Part shown: positions 40,599-51,746 of the stretch, one piece after another
How the letters are laid out: each line of letters opens with the position of its first letter
Numbering within the stretch: position 1 is the first letter of the stretch
Assembly (NCBI GenBank): GCA_018883805.1
Contig: JAHLFK010000007.1
Location: 2,448 to 66,447, forward strand
Length of the DNA: 64,000 nucleotides
Direction: 5' to 3'
DNA from: Candidatus Limosilactobacillus merdavium
GTDB taxonomy: Bacteria > Bacillota > Bacilli > Lactobacillales > Lactobacillaceae
Position numbers and translations under genes: made by a program
The notes under the pieces: generated by a model
The model's input: only the letters and a program-made list of their open reading frames with translations
What the model was told of the DNA's origin: nothing
Databases searched by the model: none

Positions 40599-41906
40599 AT
40601 GGAAATTTCAGAGTTATACGGTCGACGGGTATTGTTTCCACAAGTAGACGATTTCCCGATTGAGGAAGAAGCTGTTCAAAAGTTACCGACAATAGAAATT
40701 AGAACAAATAATATTAGGTGTTTACGTTGTGGAACCATAACCGAAAAGACTCTTGCATGTTTACCAAAAGGACAGTTCTATTGTCCACGATGTACGACAT
40801 TAGGACGAGTGTCGACTCTGGATAAATTTTACCATGTTCAGGAACCAAATCAATTTACTGTTCCTGATAAGATTTTAACCTGGAATGGTGAATTATCATC
40901 TTTACAGGCGAAAGCTTCTCAAACAGTGAATCAGCGAATGGAGCAGCACCAACATCAATTGTTATGGGCGGTAACTGGTGCAGGAAAGACAGAAATGATA
41001 TTTGCCGGTATTTCGGCAGCTCTAAAACGCGGAGAAAGGGTAGCAATTGCTTCACCACGGGTTGATGTTTGTTTAGAATTATATCCGCGCTTACAAGCAG
41101 CGTTTGCAAATTTTCCGATTGCACTTCTTCACGGTAGGGAACCGCAAAAATATGAGTATCGACAACTAACTATTTGCACGACCCATCAATTACTGCGCTT
41201 CTACCATGCCTTTGATAATCTGATCGTGGATGAGGTGGATTCTTTCCCTTATGCTGCCAATGATGCTTTAATTTTTGCTACGAAACAGGCAATCAAGCCC
41301 AACGGTGGCCTTCTTTTTATGACCGCAACTCCAGGAAAGAAACTAATTCAGCAAATTCGTCAAAAGCAATTAGTAGTTAGCTACTTACCCTTACGTTATC
41401 ATGGCCATTTACTGCCACAAATAAAACTGTTTTTAGCATTTGGCTGGCGTAAGCAACTTCAACGGCGAAGGTTACCTCCTAAATTAGTTTATGAGTTAAA
41501 ACAAACATTAGTTAACCATCGGTGCCTTCTCTTTGTTCCTCATATTGCCGATCTTTTGCCAACCTTTCTTTGCTTGAAAAAGGAATTAAAAGATAAGCGA
41601 TTCACTACAGTCCATGCAGCAGATGTAGAGCGTTTAGAAAAAGTCCAGAAAATGCGAGATGGTGAATATGATTTCCTAATTACAACTTCTATTTTAGAAC
41701 GTGGGGTAACTTTTCCGGAGATTGATGTTTTTGTCCTTGGAGCAGATGATCAAGTGTTTTCTTCGTCAGCACTAGTTCAAATTGCAGGCCGAGCTGGACG
41801 ATCTGTAAAACGACCAACTGGTAAGGTAATGTATTGGGTTAATTCATATAGTCGGATGGTGCGTGAAGCCCAACGACAAATCTCATTTATGAATAGTAAA
41901 GGATGA
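40599..41906 (+). CDS. comFA: Competence DEAD-box helicase ComFA
   Basis: CxxC..CxxC, AVTGAGKTE, SPRVDVC, DEVDSFP, LERGVTF, QIAGRAGR. Confidence 0.93.
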   Translation: MEISELYGRRVLFPQVDDFPIEEEAVQKLPTIEIRTNNIRCLRCGTITEKTLACLPKGQFYCPRCTTLGRVSTLDKFYHVQEPNQFTVPDKILTWNGELSSLQAKASQTVNQRMEQHQHQLLWAVTGAGKTEMIFAGISAALKRGERVAIASPRVDVCLELYPRLQAAFANFPIALLHGREPQKYEYRQLTICTTHQLLRFYHAFDNLIVDEVDSFPYAANDALIFATKQAIKPNGGLLFMTATPGKKLIQQIRQKQLVVSYLPLRYHGHLLPQIKLFLAFGWRKQLQRRRLPPKLVYELKQTLVNHRCLLFVPHIADLLPTFLCLKKELKDKRFTTVHAADVERLEKVQKMRDGEYDFLITTSILERGVTFPEIDVFVLGADDQVFSSSALVQIAGRAGRSVKRPTGKVMYWVNSYSRMVREAQRQISFMNSKG

Positions 41907-41916
41907 AGATTAAGAA

Positions 41917-42597
41917 ATGAATAATACCTGCTTATTATGTAATTGTTTAATCAGAACAAGGATTACAATAACAGAAATCCTTTTTCCTGGAGAGATAAAG
42001 CATCCTTCAATATGTTCGAATTGCCAAAGCAAATTTATCAAATATCAGCGAACAGAATGTTGTCGGGGATGTGGTTGTGAGGAAACTAAGGATCTTTGTA
42101 ATGATTGTAGAATGTGGGAGAAAGAATACGGTTGGATTTTAGAACATCGACCGCTTTTTCACTATAATCAAGCAATGAAAGAATATATTCATGCATATAA
42201 GTTTCAAGGACAATATCAATTACGAGTTGTCTTCCAAGATGAGATTAAAGAAGCTATTGCCAAAATCCCTCACGATCTCTTAATCCCGATCCCGGTTACC
42301 AATCATACGATGCATACTAGGGGATTCAATCAGGTAACTGCCTTTTTAACTCCTGACTCTTATGATGATCTTCTCTATCACCTCCAAGAAAAGAAGATTG
42401 CTCAGTCTAAAAAAGATCGTAGTTCACGAATCAAGACACCACAGCCATTTGCCCTGAGAAACAGTCAAATAGTGAAAAATAGAACGATCTTATTGGTAGA
42501 TGACATTTATACTACTGGAAGAACTTTATACCATGCAGCAGCACTTTGTTATTCAGCAGGCTGTAAGCGGGTTCAAAGCTTATCCCTAGCACATTAA
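41917..42597 (+). CDS. comFC: Competence protein ComFC (PRT domain, zinc finger)
   Basis: N-terminal Cys clusters, RGFNQ, VDDIYTTG. Confidence 0.92.
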   Translation: MNNTCLLCNCLIRTRITITEILFPGEIKHPSICSNCQSKFIKYQRTECCRGCGCEETKDLCNDCRMWEKEYGWILEHRPLFHYNQAMKEYIHAYKFQGQYQLRVVFQDEIKEAIAKIPHDLLIPIPVTNHTMHTRGFNQVTAFLTPDSYDDLLYHLQEKKIAQSKKDRSSRIKTPQPFALRNSQIVKNRTILLVDDIYTTGRTLYHAAALCYSAGCKRVQSLSLAH

Positions 42598-42729
42598 AAA
42601 AATATAAATATTCGCCAGATTTGTTTGTTAAATAGTAGTAATTACACTATAATAAAATTAAGGATATGAGAAGAGTGGTCCTTCTGATACCAGATCAAGC
42701 GATTGCTTGAACTGAAAGGAGAAATTACT

Positions 42730-43272
42730 ATGTTAAAGTTCAATATTCGTGGTGAAAACATCGAAGTAACTGACTCAATTCGTGACTATGTTGTAAAGCG
42801 GATTAATAAGTTACAAAAGTTCTTCGAAGACAACGTAGAAGCAACTGCCCATGTGAACTTAAAAGTTTATCCTAACCGTACTTACAAGGTTGAAGTTACT
42901 ATTCCATTGCCATACCTTACATTACGGGCTGAAGAAACTTCTAATGACATGTACGGTAGTGTTGACCTTGTGACTGATAAGCTTGAACGTCAAATTCGGA
43001 AGTACAAGACCAAGGTTAACCGTAAGTCACGTGAAAAAGGCTTTAAGAACTTAGAATTTGTCCCAACCGATGATGATGCTGATAGTCAAGATGACTTGAA
43101 GATCGTGCGGACAAAGCAAATCTCACTTAAGCCAATGGATCCAGAAGAAGCCGTCCTTCAAATGGACATGTTAGGTCATGACTTCTTCGTATTCCAAGAC
43201 GCCGAAACCAACGGTACAAGCATTGTTTACCGTCGTAAGGATGGACGTTATGGCTTAATCGAAGCTGAATAA
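42730..43272 (+). CDS. hpf: Long ribosome hibernation promoting factor
   Basis: IRGENIEVT, DMYGSVD..KLERQIRKYK, KPMDPEEAVLQM, VYRRKDGRYGLI. Confidence 0.96.
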   Translation: MLKFNIRGENIEVTDSIRDYVVKRINKLQKFFEDNVEATAHVNLKVYPNRTYKVEVTIPLPYLTLRAEETSNDMYGSVDLVTDKLERQIRKYKTKVNRKSREKGFKNLEFVPTDDDADSQDDLKIVRTKQISLKPMDPEEAVLQMDMLGHDFFVFQDAETNGTSIVYRRKDGRYGLIEAE

Positions 43273-43292
43273 GACTAATAAGTTAATGCAGC

Positions 43293-43324
43293 AAGAGGCC
43301 GAGTTAAATTCTTGGTCTCTTTTT
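43293..43324 (+). terminator. hpf terminator
   Basis: AAGAGGCCGAG/CTTGGTCTCTT plus T-tract. Confidence 0.75.
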
Positions 43325-43477
43325 ATGTTTAAAATGAATCTGAATCATGTTTGTGCGGATTATTTCAATTATTATGACAACGTGTTAAAATATTAAGGTT
43401 AGAAATTAAAATTGGCTTGAGTAGCAGCAAAATCTTGAGTCAAAATTAAAAAATCGTTAATTAGAAAGGACGCTTTT

Positions 43478-45841
43478 ATGGCCAACATTCTAAAAAAGTG
43501 GATTGAAAGTGACCGTCGTGAATTACGGCGGATTAATAAGATCGCTAATAAAGTAGAAAAGTACGCAAAACCTATGGCAGCATTGTCAGATGATGAATTA
43601 AAAGCCAAGACTGACGAATTCCGGGCTCGCTATAAGAAGGGTGAAGACCTTGACCACATGTTACCAGAAGCGTTTGCCGTAGCACGTGAAGCGGCTAAGC
43701 GGGTTTTAGGCCTCTACCCATTCCATGTTCAAATTATGGGTGGTATCGTTCTTCATGAAGGTAATATTGCTGAAATGAAGACTGGTGAAGGGAAGACCTT
43801 AACCGCCACAATGCCGGTTTATTTAAACGCAATTAGTGGAAAAGGTGTGCATGTTATCACCGTTAACGAATACCTGTCTAAACGGGATGCCACAGAAATG
43901 GGACAGCTTTATAACTGGTTAGGATGCAGTGTTGGTGTTAACAACTCAGAAATGTCACCTGATCAAAAGCGTGAAGCATATAAGGCTGACATCATGTACT
44001 CAACTAACAGTGAAATTGGGTTCGATTACCTTCGTGATAACATGGCCGTTTATAAAGAAGACCAAGTTCAACGTGGATTGAACTATGCGTTGGTTGACGA
44101 AGTTGATTCGATTTTAATCGATGAAGCGCGGACACCTTTGATTATTTCAGGACCTGGTACTGGTACTTCAAAGCTTTATAAGCAGACTGACCGTTTTGTT
44201 AAGACGTTAAAGAATGAGGTTGATTATAAGATTGACCTTGAGTCAAAGACTGTTGCTTTGACTGACGAAGGTATTCAAAAGGCCGAAAAGTACTTTAACC
44301 TTAAGAACCTATATGATCCCGAAAATACTGCTTTGACTCACCACTTGGATCAAGCATTGAGAGCTAACTACATTATGCTTCGTGATAAGGACTATGTTGT
44401 TTCTGATGGCGAAGTCTTAATTGTTGATTCATTTACTGGACGGGTTATGCAAGGTCGGCGGTTCTCTGATGGTCTTCACCAAGCAATTGAAGCTAAGGAA
44501 GGCGTTCAGATTCAAGAAGAAAATAAGACAATGGCCAACATTACTTACCAGAACTTGTTCCGGATGTACAGTAAGTTAGCCGGGATGACTGGTACCGCAA
44601 AGACTGAACAAGAAGAATTCCGTGAAATTTACAACATGGAAACAATCACGATTCCAACCAACAAACCAGTTATTCGGAAGGATGAACCAGATCTTCTTTA
44701 CCCAACCTTGAAGAGCAAGTTTGCTGCAGTTGTTAAGCGGATTAAGAGCTTGCATGAAAAAGGACAACCAATCTTGGTAGGTACTGTTGCCGTTGAAACT
44801 TCTGAATACCTTTCCCACCTTCTCGACCAAGAACATATTCCTCACGTTGTTTTGAACGCGAAGAACCACGCTAAGGAAGCCGACATTATTAAGAACGCCG
44901 GACAACGTGGTGCGGTTACGATTGCTACCAACATGGCTGGTCGTGGGACTGATATTAAGCTTGGACCTGGTGTTCGTGAACTAGGTGGATTAGCAGTTAT
45001 CGGTACTGAACGACACGAATCTCGGCGGATTGATAACCAGCTTCGTGGACGTTCTGGACGGCAAGGTGATCCAGGCCTTTCACAATTCTACCTGTCACTT
45101 GAAGATGATTTGATGCGGCGGTTCGGTGGTGACCGGATCAAGGCCTTCTTGGAACGGATGAAGGTCGACGATGACGATGCAGTTATCAAGAGCCGTTTCT
45201 TAACCCACCAAGTTGAATCAGCACAAAAGCGGGTTGAAGGTAACAACTATGACTCACGGAAGAACGTTCTGCAATACGATGATGTTATGCGTGAACAACG
45301 GGAAATTATCTATAAAGAACGGCAAGAAATTATCACTGAAGATAAATCATTAAAGTGGGTATTGATGCCAATCTTCAAGCGGACAATCCAACGTGAAGTT
45401 GAACAACATACTCTCGGTGATCGAAATGATTGGGATCTAAAGGGAATTGTTGACTTTGCGGAAGAAGTAATTGTCAAGCCAGATACCATTAGTGTTGCTG
45501 ACTTAGCTAACAAGTCTCCACAACAAATGGTTGATTTCTTGATGGGCTATGCTAAGCAAATTTACAAAGACAAGCAAAAGCAACTTTATGATCCAGCTCA
45601 AATGCTTGAATTTGAAAAGGTTGTTCTTTTACGGGTTGTTGACTCCCACTGGACTGACCACATTGATGTAATGGATCAATTCCGTCAATCAGTTGGTCTC
45701 CGGGGTTATGGTCAGTTGAATCCACTTGTTGAGTATCAAACAGCCGGTTACCATATGTTTGAACAAATGATTGCTGATATTGAATATGAAACTACACGGC
45801 TTTTCATGAAGTCACAAATTCGGCAAAATGTTACTCGATAA
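43478..45841 (+). CDS. secA: Preprotein translocase ATPase SecA
   Basis: [37 protein letters not shown]. Confidence 0.99.
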   Translation: MANILKKWIESDRRELRRINKIANKVEKYAKPMAALSDDELKAKTDEFRARYKKGEDLDHMLPEAFAVAREAAKRVLGLYPFHVQIMGGIVLHEGNIAEMKTGEGKTLTATMPVYLNAISGKGVHVITVNEYLSKRDATEMGQLYNWLGCSVGVNNSEMSPDQKREAYKADIMYSTNSEIGFDYLRDNMAVYKEDQVQRGLNYALVDEVDSILIDEARTPLIISGPGTGTSKLYKQTDRFVKTLKNEVDYKIDLESKTVALTDEGIQKAEKYFNLKNLYDPENTALTHHLDQALRANYIMLRDKDYVVSDGEVLIVDSFTGRVMQGRRFSDGLHQAIEAKEGVQIQEENKTMANITYQNLFRMYSKLAGMTGTAKTEQEEFREIYNMETITIPTNKPVIRKDEPDLLYPTLKSKFAAVVKRIKSLHEKGQPILVGTVAVETSEYLSHLLDQEHIPHVVLNAKNHAKEADIIKNAGQRGAVTIATNMAGRGTDIKLGPGVRELGGLAVIGTERHESRRIDNQLRGRSGRQGDPGLSQFYLSLEDDLMRRFGGDRIKAFLERMKVDDDDAVIKSRFLTHQVESAQKRVEGNNYDSRKNVLQYDDVMREQREIIYKERQEIITEDKSLKWVLMPIFKRTIQREVEQHTLGDRNDWDLKGIVDFAEEVIVKPDTISVADLANKSPQQMVDFLMGYAKQIYKDKQKQLYDPAQMLEFEKVVLLRVVDSHWTDHIDVMDQFRQSVGLRGYGQLNPLVEYQTAGYHMFEQMIADIEYETTRLFMKSQIRQNVTR

Positions 45842-45866
45842 AGTTAAATAATAGCAACTATCAAGG

Positions 45867-45913
45867 TACGGTAGCAGGTGGCCCCAAGGCGGTACCTGTT
45901 ACCGTTTTGTTTT
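45867..45913 (+). terminator. Hairpin/terminator between secA and prfB
   Basis: ACGGTAGCAGGT/ACCTGTTACCGT followed by TTTGTTTT. Confidence 0.7.
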
Positions 45914-45938
45914 AATTTGATATATTGGAGGAACTATT

Positions 45939-47055
45939 TTGGAACTTAGTGAAGCAAAGAAAAATGTAGAAGCAATGCAACAAGATGTTGCCCGCTTCGG
46001 GAGGTCTCTTTGACTTAGATGCTCTAGATGAAAGTATCGCAGAAAATGAACAGAAGATGGCCCAGCCTGATTTCTGGGATGATAATGTTGCCGTACAAAA
46101 GGTAATTAATGCCAATAATGAATTAAAGGATAAGCGAGACACCTTCGTAAAGTTACGCGATAATATTGGTAATTTGCAGACATCAATTGAGTTACTCGAA
46201 ATGGAACCTGATGCGGATCTGCAGAAAGAATTTGAAAAATCATTTAATGACACTAAGAAGGAACTTGAACAGTATCGACTTAACCAGTTACTTGATGGTG
46301 AATATGATGCGAAAAACGCAATTCTTGAAATTCACCCAGGAGCCGGGGGAACAGAAGCCCAAGATTGGGGCGCAATGTTACTCCGAATGTATATCCGGTG
46401 GGGAGAACAGCACGGCTTTAATGTTGAAACCGCTAGTTATGAAGCTGGTGATGAAGCTGGAATCAAGAGTGTTACCCTTTTGATTAAGGGACATAATGCG
46501 TTTGGTTACCTTCGCAGTGAAAAGGGGGTTCATCGTTTAGTCCGGATTTCGCCATTTGATGCTGCCGGAAGACGACACACCTCCTTTGCCTCTGTCGACG
46601 TAATACCAGAATTGGATGAGAGTGTCAACATTGATATTGACCCATCTGATTTACGGGTTGATACTTTCCGGTCAAGTGGTGCTGGTGGTCAGCATATTAA
46701 CAAGACTGAATCTGCAGTTCGGATTACCCACATCCCAACTGGAATCGTTACTTCTTCGCAAGCAGAACGTTCCCAGTTGCAAAACCGGGTAACTGCAATG
46801 AACATGCTAAAATCTAAGCTGTACGAATTAGAAGAAGAGAAGAAGGCCAAAAAGCGGGCTGAAATTGAAGGAGAACAACTAGATATCGGTTGGGGATCTC
46901 AAATTCGCTCATATGTCTTCCATCCGTATACTTTGGTAAAGGATAATCGTAGTGGTTATGAAACCCATAATGGTCAAGCGGTAATGGATGGTGATTTAGA
47001 TCCATTTATTAATGCGTACTTACAGTGGAAATTAAGTCAGAAGAATCCTCAGTAA
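45939..47055 (+). CDS. prfB: Peptide chain release factor 2 (programmed +1 frameshift)
   Basis: TTG start after GGAGG; 24 codons to GGGAGG-tct-CTT-TGA-C (46008-46014); the +1 frame continues DLDAL..; SPF and GGQ motifs. Confidence 0.96.
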
Positions 47056-47113
47056 ATCTGATTGCAGTTGTTAGTAAAACACAGTAAGATTAAGCTATTA
47101 GGAGGGATGAATT

Positions 47114-47440
47114 ATGTCAAAAAAGTTAACCAGGTCATATGATGATCGGTGGCTTGCTGGAGTCCTTAGTGGATTAGCAAATTATTTTCATACTAAGCCG
47201 CTTTATTTGCGGATTGCTTACATTTTATTTACCGCAATCACTGGGATTATTCCAGGCGTAATTGTTTACATTGTGTTGTTTGCCATTATGCCCGCTGATC
47301 CAGCACATCCCGGAATTGCTGGTCTGTTTAAGACTATTAACAATTTGATGGATACACCTCAACGGACGGATTCTTCAAAGAGTCGTCGCCAACTAACCGA
47401 TGTTGAGGAAAAAGATATTAAAAAGAATGGACGGTCGTAG
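47114..47440 (+). CDS. PspC domain protein
   Basis: LTRS.DDRWLAGVLSGLANYF....LRI, TM helix, then IMP. Confidence 0.88.
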   Translation: MSKKLTRSYDDRWLAGVLSGLANYFHTKPLYLRIAYILFTAITGIIPGVIVYIVLFAIMPADPAHPGIAGLFKTINNLMDTPQRTDSSKSRRQLTDVEEKDIKKNGRS

Positions 47441-47797
47441 ATGGAATTTATCAAGCGTGTGATAATAGATACGATTCTTTTTATCGCATTAGCCGGACTC
47501 TTTTCGAGGACCGGAATGTTTTATGTCAATAGTGTCGGAGTTGCCTTGCTAGCAAGTGCTATCTTAGCGATCTTAAACGTCTTAGTTAAACCGATCCTGT
47601 TGATATTATCGTTACCAATTAACATACTTACCTTAGGCTTGTTTAGTATTGTGATTAACGCGTTGATGTTGCAATTAACTTCATCTTTCGTTGGTTCATT
47701 TTACTTCCACTTCTCGTCCTTTGGTTCAGCAATGTTGATTGCAGTTATTATGTCAATCTGTAATGCAATCATTTCAGATCACTTTGACACTAACTAA
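47441..47797 (+). CDS. YvlD-like 4-TM membrane protein ('phage holin family')
   Basis: LNVLVKPILLILSLPINILTLGLFSIVINALML; pspC-hprK context. Confidence 0.85.
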   Translation: MEFIKRVIIDTILFIALAGLFSRTGMFYVNSVGVALLASAILAILNVLVKPILLILSLPINILTLGLFSIVINALMLQLTSSFVGSFYFHFSSFGSAMLIAVIMSICNAIISDHFDTN

Positions 47798-47814
47798 TTG
47801 AAGGAGTGAAGAAC

Positions 47815-48774
47815 GTGCCAAACCATGTTACCGTTAAAGAACTTGTTGATAATGTTCGCTTAAAAGTTTTACAAGGTGAAGAGTACCTTCAACGTCCAAT
47901 TACAACTAGTGATATTTCTCGACCAGCGTTGGAATTCGCGGGATATTTCAAGCACTACCCTGCAATGCGGATCCAATTACTAGGGATTACTGAAACATCA
48001 TTTGCTAAGGATTTAACTCATGAAAAGCGGGAAAAGTACCTTACAAAGATGTGTGCGCCACAAACGCCATGTTTCGTAATTTCAACTAATTTGCCGATTC
48101 CTGAAGAACTACAGGTTGCTGCAAAGAATACCAAAATTCCTATTCTAGGAACCCACTTAACCTCTTCCCAAATTTTAAGTAACATGACTTCTTATCTTTT
48201 AGGACGATTAGCACCACGACAATCACTTCATGGTGTCCTGGTTGATATTAATGGGGTCGGAGTTCTGATTACAGGAGACTCTGGTGTTGGTAAGAGTGAA
48301 ACTGCCCTTGAATTGGTTCGGCGTGGACATCGGTTAGTTGCTGATGACCGGGTTGAAGTTTATGCTCGAGATGAACAAACACTTGTGGGAACTGCACCTG
48401 CAATTCTAAAACACCTGATGGAAATTCGGGGAATTGGGATTATTGATGTGTCAACCCTATATGGGACTGGTGCAATCATGCCTAGTGACGTTATTAATTT
48501 AATTGTCCACCTTGAAACTTGGACCCCAGACGTTCAATTTGATCGTTTGGGTGATCGGGGCGATACGCAAACGGTTCAAGGAGTAATTATTCCAAAGGTT
48601 TCAGTACCAGTTAAGACCGGGCGGAACTTAGCGATTATTATCGAATCAGCAGCAATGAACTATCGTGCAGAAACGATGGGCTATGATGCTACTAAGACCT
48701 TCGACGATAACCTTAACCGTTTGATTAAGCAAAATTCCGCTCGCGATACAAAGGAAAAACAAAAGAATGACTAG
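47815..48774 (+). CDS. hprK: HPr kinase/phosphorylase
   Basis: HGVLV, GDSGVGKSE, LVADD, MEIRGIGII, GRNLA; GTG start after AAGGAG. Confidence 0.98.
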   Translation: MPNHVTVKELVDNVRLKVLQGEEYLQRPITTSDISRPALEFAGYFKHYPAMRIQLLGITETSFAKDLTHEKREKYLTKMCAPQTPCFVISTNLPIPEELQVAAKNTKIPILGTHLTSSQILSNMTSYLLGRLAPRQSLHGVLVDINGVGVLITGDSGVGKSETALELVRRGHRLVADDRVEVYARDEQTLVGTAPAILKHLMEIRGIGIIDVSTLYGTGAIMPSDVINLIVHLETWTPDVQFDRLGDRGDTQTVQGVIIPKVSVPVKTGRNLAIIIESAAMNYRAETMGYDATKTFDDNLNRLIKQNSARDTKEKQKND

Positions 48775-49591
48775 TTTATCAATCGTTGTAGCAGCGCTTA
48801 ATCCAATTGCCTTTCAATTAGGGCCAATTCAAGTCCACTGGTATGGTGTTATTATTGCTAGTGGTGTAGTAATTGCGTTGATTTTATCTGTTCGTGAAGG
48901 CCAAAGAAGAGGGATCAATGAGGATTACTTTTATGATTACCTCCTGTGGGCATTACCAATCGCAATCATTAGTGCACGATTGTATTATGTGATCTTCCAA
49001 TGGCTGTACTATTCGCAGCATCCTGAAGAAATTATTGCAATTTGGGATGGTGGAATCGCAATCTATGGTGCAATTATTGGGGGTGTCTTAACCCTGTACT
49101 TTTTCTGTCGTTCACGTCAAATTTCAATATGGACAATGATGGATGTGATTGCACCAACGTTGATTATGGCCCAGGGAATTGGTCGCTGGGGTAATTTTAT
49201 GAATCAAGAAGCTTATGGTGTAATTACTACTAAAATGGCACTCGTTAGTCAGCACATCCCAGCATGGATCATTCAACAAATGTATATTGGAAATCATTAC
49301 CGTGTTCCAACTTTCTTGTATGAATCGCTATGGGATATCAGTGGCTTTGTTGTTTTGATGCTTCTCCGTCACCGTAAACGCCTTTTTAAGCGTGGTGAAG
49401 TATTTTTAAGCTATGTCTTGTGGTATTCTTTTGGACGGTTCTTTATTGAGGGAATGCGGACAGATAGCCTAATGCTTGGCAATGTTATCCGGATTTCTCA
49501 GTTACTTTCGTTAGTCTTCTTTATTACTGCCTTAATAGTGATAATTGTTAGACGACGCAAAGGGAATCTTCCATGGTATGTAAATAAATAA
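48767..49591 (+). CDS. lgt: Prolipoprotein diacylglyceryl transferase
   Basis: WYG, ARLYY, GGIAIYG, GRWGNFMNQE, PTFLYES, RFFIEGMR. Confidence 0.97.
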   Translation: MTSLSIVVAALNPIAFQLGPIQVHWYGVIIASGVVIALILSVREGQRRGINEDYFYDYLLWALPIAIISARLYYVIFQWLYYSQHPEEIIAIWDGGIAIYGAIIGGVLTLYFFCRSRQISIWTMMDVIAPTLIMAQGIGRWGNFMNQEAYGVITTKMALVSQHIPAWIIQQMYIGNHYRVPTFLYESLWDISGFVVLMLLRHRKRLFKRGEVFLSYVLWYSFGRFFIEGMRTDSLMLGNVIRISQLLSLVFFITALIVIIVRRRKGNLPWYVNK

Positions 49592-49617
49592 TTTAAGTTA
49601 GTTAAAGGAGAATAATT

Positions 49618-50634
49618 ATGGCTGAACAAATCGCAGTATTAGGAGCAGGTTCATGGGGTAGTACACTAGCAAATATGCTGGTAGAAAATGGTCACGATGT
49701 TAAGTTGTGGTCACGGAATCAAGAACAGGTTGACCAATTAAATAACGAACATATTAACCCCCATTACATGAAGAATCTTGTGTACTCTGAAAAATTGCAA
49801 GCAACTTCTGACATGGAAGAAGCTGTTAAGGGTGCCAATGTTATTTTGATCGTAATTCCAACAAAGGGAATTCGTCAGGTTGCTAACCAGCTTAATACTA
49901 TTTTGAAGAAAAATAATCAACGGCCATTAATCGTTCATGCTACTAAGGGCCTTGAACAAAATACCTACAAGCGTCCATCAGAAATGTTGATGGAAGAAAT
50001 TGACGAAGCTAACCGTCAAGACATCGTGGTATTATCTGGCCCAAGTCATGCGGAAGATGTTGCCATCAAGGACATGACAGCCGTAACAGCAGCTTGTGCT
50101 AACTTAAATGATGCCAACCGGATTCAAAAACTCTTTAGTAATAGTTATTTCCGGGTTTACACTAACAATGACGTTATCGGTGCTGAATTTGGTGCCGCCT
50201 TAAAGAACATTATTGCGATCGGCGCTGGTGCCTTACAAGGACTTGGATATCATGATAATGCACGGGCAGCATTAATTACCCGTGGACTTGCAGAAATTCG
50301 CCGGTTAGGAGTTGCATTTGGTGCTAATCCAATGACTTTTATTGGCTTGTCAGGTGTTGGTGACTTGGTAGTTACTGCGACTAGTAAGAATTCACGTAAT
50401 TGGCGTGCTGGTTACCAATTAGGTCAAGGAAGAAAGCTTGATGATGTCATTGAACACATGGGAATGGTAATCGAAGGGGTTTACACCACTAAAGCTGCCC
50501 ATGAGTTAAGCTTGAAGCGGCAAGTTAAGATGCCAATCACGGATGCATTATACCGGGTTCTTTATGAGAACGAAGACATTAAAGATGCAATTTCACAGTT
50601 AATGAATCGAGATCTTACTTCAGAAATTGAATAA
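49618..50634 (+). CDS. gpsA: NAD(P)H-dependent glycerol-3-phosphate dehydrogenase
   Basis: GAGSWG, SGPSHA, ALKNIIAI, GVGDLVVT..SRN. Confidence 0.97.
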   Translation: MAEQIAVLGAGSWGSTLANMLVENGHDVKLWSRNQEQVDQLNNEHINPHYMKNLVYSEKLQATSDMEEAVKGANVILIVIPTKGIRQVANQLNTILKKNNQRPLIVHATKGLEQNTYKRPSEMLMEEIDEANRQDIVVLSGPSHAEDVAIKDMTAVTAACANLNDANRIQKLFSNSYFRVYTNNDVIGAEFGAALKNIIAIGAGALQGLGYHDNARAALITRGLAEIRRLGVAFGANPMTFIGLSGVGDLVVTATSKNSRNWRAGYQLGQGRKLDDVIEHMGMVIEGVYTTKAAHELSLKRQVKMPITDALYRVLYENEDIKDAISQLMNRDLTSEIE

Positions 50635-50700
50635 TTATGGTAAAATGCATATTGTAGAGATTGGGAATTTTAAATAATCTCATGGAAAGGGTTTATTATT

Positions 50701-51609
50701 ATGAAACGCGTACGTAAAGCAATTATTCCTGCTGCTGGTTTGGGGACTCGTTTTCTTCCAGCAACTAAGGCACTGGCAAAGGAAATGCTACCAATCGTTG
50801 ATAAGCCAACGATTCAATTTATCGTTGAAGAAGCTCGCAAGTCTGGCATCGAAGACATTGTTGTCGTTGATGGTAAGAACAAGCGATCCATCGAGGACCA
50901 CTTTGATTCCAATCCAGAACTTGAAGATAACTTACGGGCAAAGCACAAGAATGAAATGTTGAAGTTAGTTGAAGAAACTACTGACATTAACATTTACTTC
51001 ATTCGGCAATCACATCCACGCGGTCTTGGGGATGCCGTTTTGACTGCTCGTGACTTCATTGGTGATGAACCATTTGTTGTTATGTTAGGTGATGACTTGA
51101 ACAACATTAATAATGATGGTGAACCATTAACTAAGCAATTAATCGAAAGTTATGAACAAACAGGAGCTTCTACTCTTGCTGTTATGCGAGTTCCTCATGA
51201 AGATACTGCTAAGTATGGTGTTATTAACCCAAGTCGGGAAGTTACACCAGGCCTTTACAACGTTACTAGCTTTGTTGAAAAGCCAGATCCAAAGAAGGCT
51301 CCTAGTGACTTGGCAATTATTGGCCGGTATGTCTTCACTCCAGAAATCTTTGATGTTTTAGCAAAGACTAAGCCTGGTAAGGGTGGCGAAATCCAATTAA
51401 CTGATGCCATTGATAACTTGAACCAAACTCAACGGGTATTTGCTCGTGAATACCTTGGCGACCGGTATGATGTTGGTAACAAGTTTGGTTGGGTTAAGAC
51501 TAATATTGAATATGGCCTTAAGCACCCACAAGTTAAGGACGAATTACGTCAATACATCAAGGAACTTGGCGTTAAGTTTGCTGCTGAAGATAAGAACAGC
51601 AGTAAGTAA
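50701..51609 (+). CDS. galU: UTP-glucose-1-phosphate uridylyltransferase
   Basis: [38 protein letters not shown]. Confidence 0.98.
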   Translation: MKRVRKAIIPAAGLGTRFLPATKALAKEMLPIVDKPTIQFIVEEARKSGIEDIVVVDGKNKRSIEDHFDSNPELEDNLRAKHKNEMLKLVEETTDINIYFIRQSHPRGLGDAVLTARDFIGDEPFVVMLGDDLNNINNDGEPLTKQLIESYEQTGASTLAVMRVPHEDTAKYGVINPSREVTPGLYNVTSFVEKPDPKKAPSDLAIIGRYVFTPEIFDVLAKTKPGKGGEIQLTDAIDNLNQTQRVFAREYLGDRYDVGNKFGWVKTNIEYGLKHPQVKDELRQYIKELGVKFAAEDKNSSK

Positions 51610-51612
51610 AAT

Positions 51613-51645
51613 AAAAAAAGAGACAGTTTTGCTGTCTCTTTTTTT
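51613..51645 (+). terminator. galU terminator
   Basis: AAAAAAAGAGACAG/CTGTCTCTTTTTTT. Confidence 0.85.
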
Positions 51646-51746
51646 ATTGCTAAAATGCTTATTAAAAGTAAGCAGAAAGATAGACAAGCTTCAGGAAAAA
51701 AGTTATTATATCTAGTAATTAAAATGTTACTAAGGAGGACGCTTAA

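Noticed and set aside
43478-45841. SecA lacking the C-terminal zinc-binding tail as a truncation or SecA2
   Set aside because: Canonical hpf-secA-prfB locus; short SecA is usual in lactobacilli
47441-47797. 'Phage holin' as evidence of a prophage
   Set aside because: Conserved chromosomal YvlD-like gene beside hprK; no phage genes nearby
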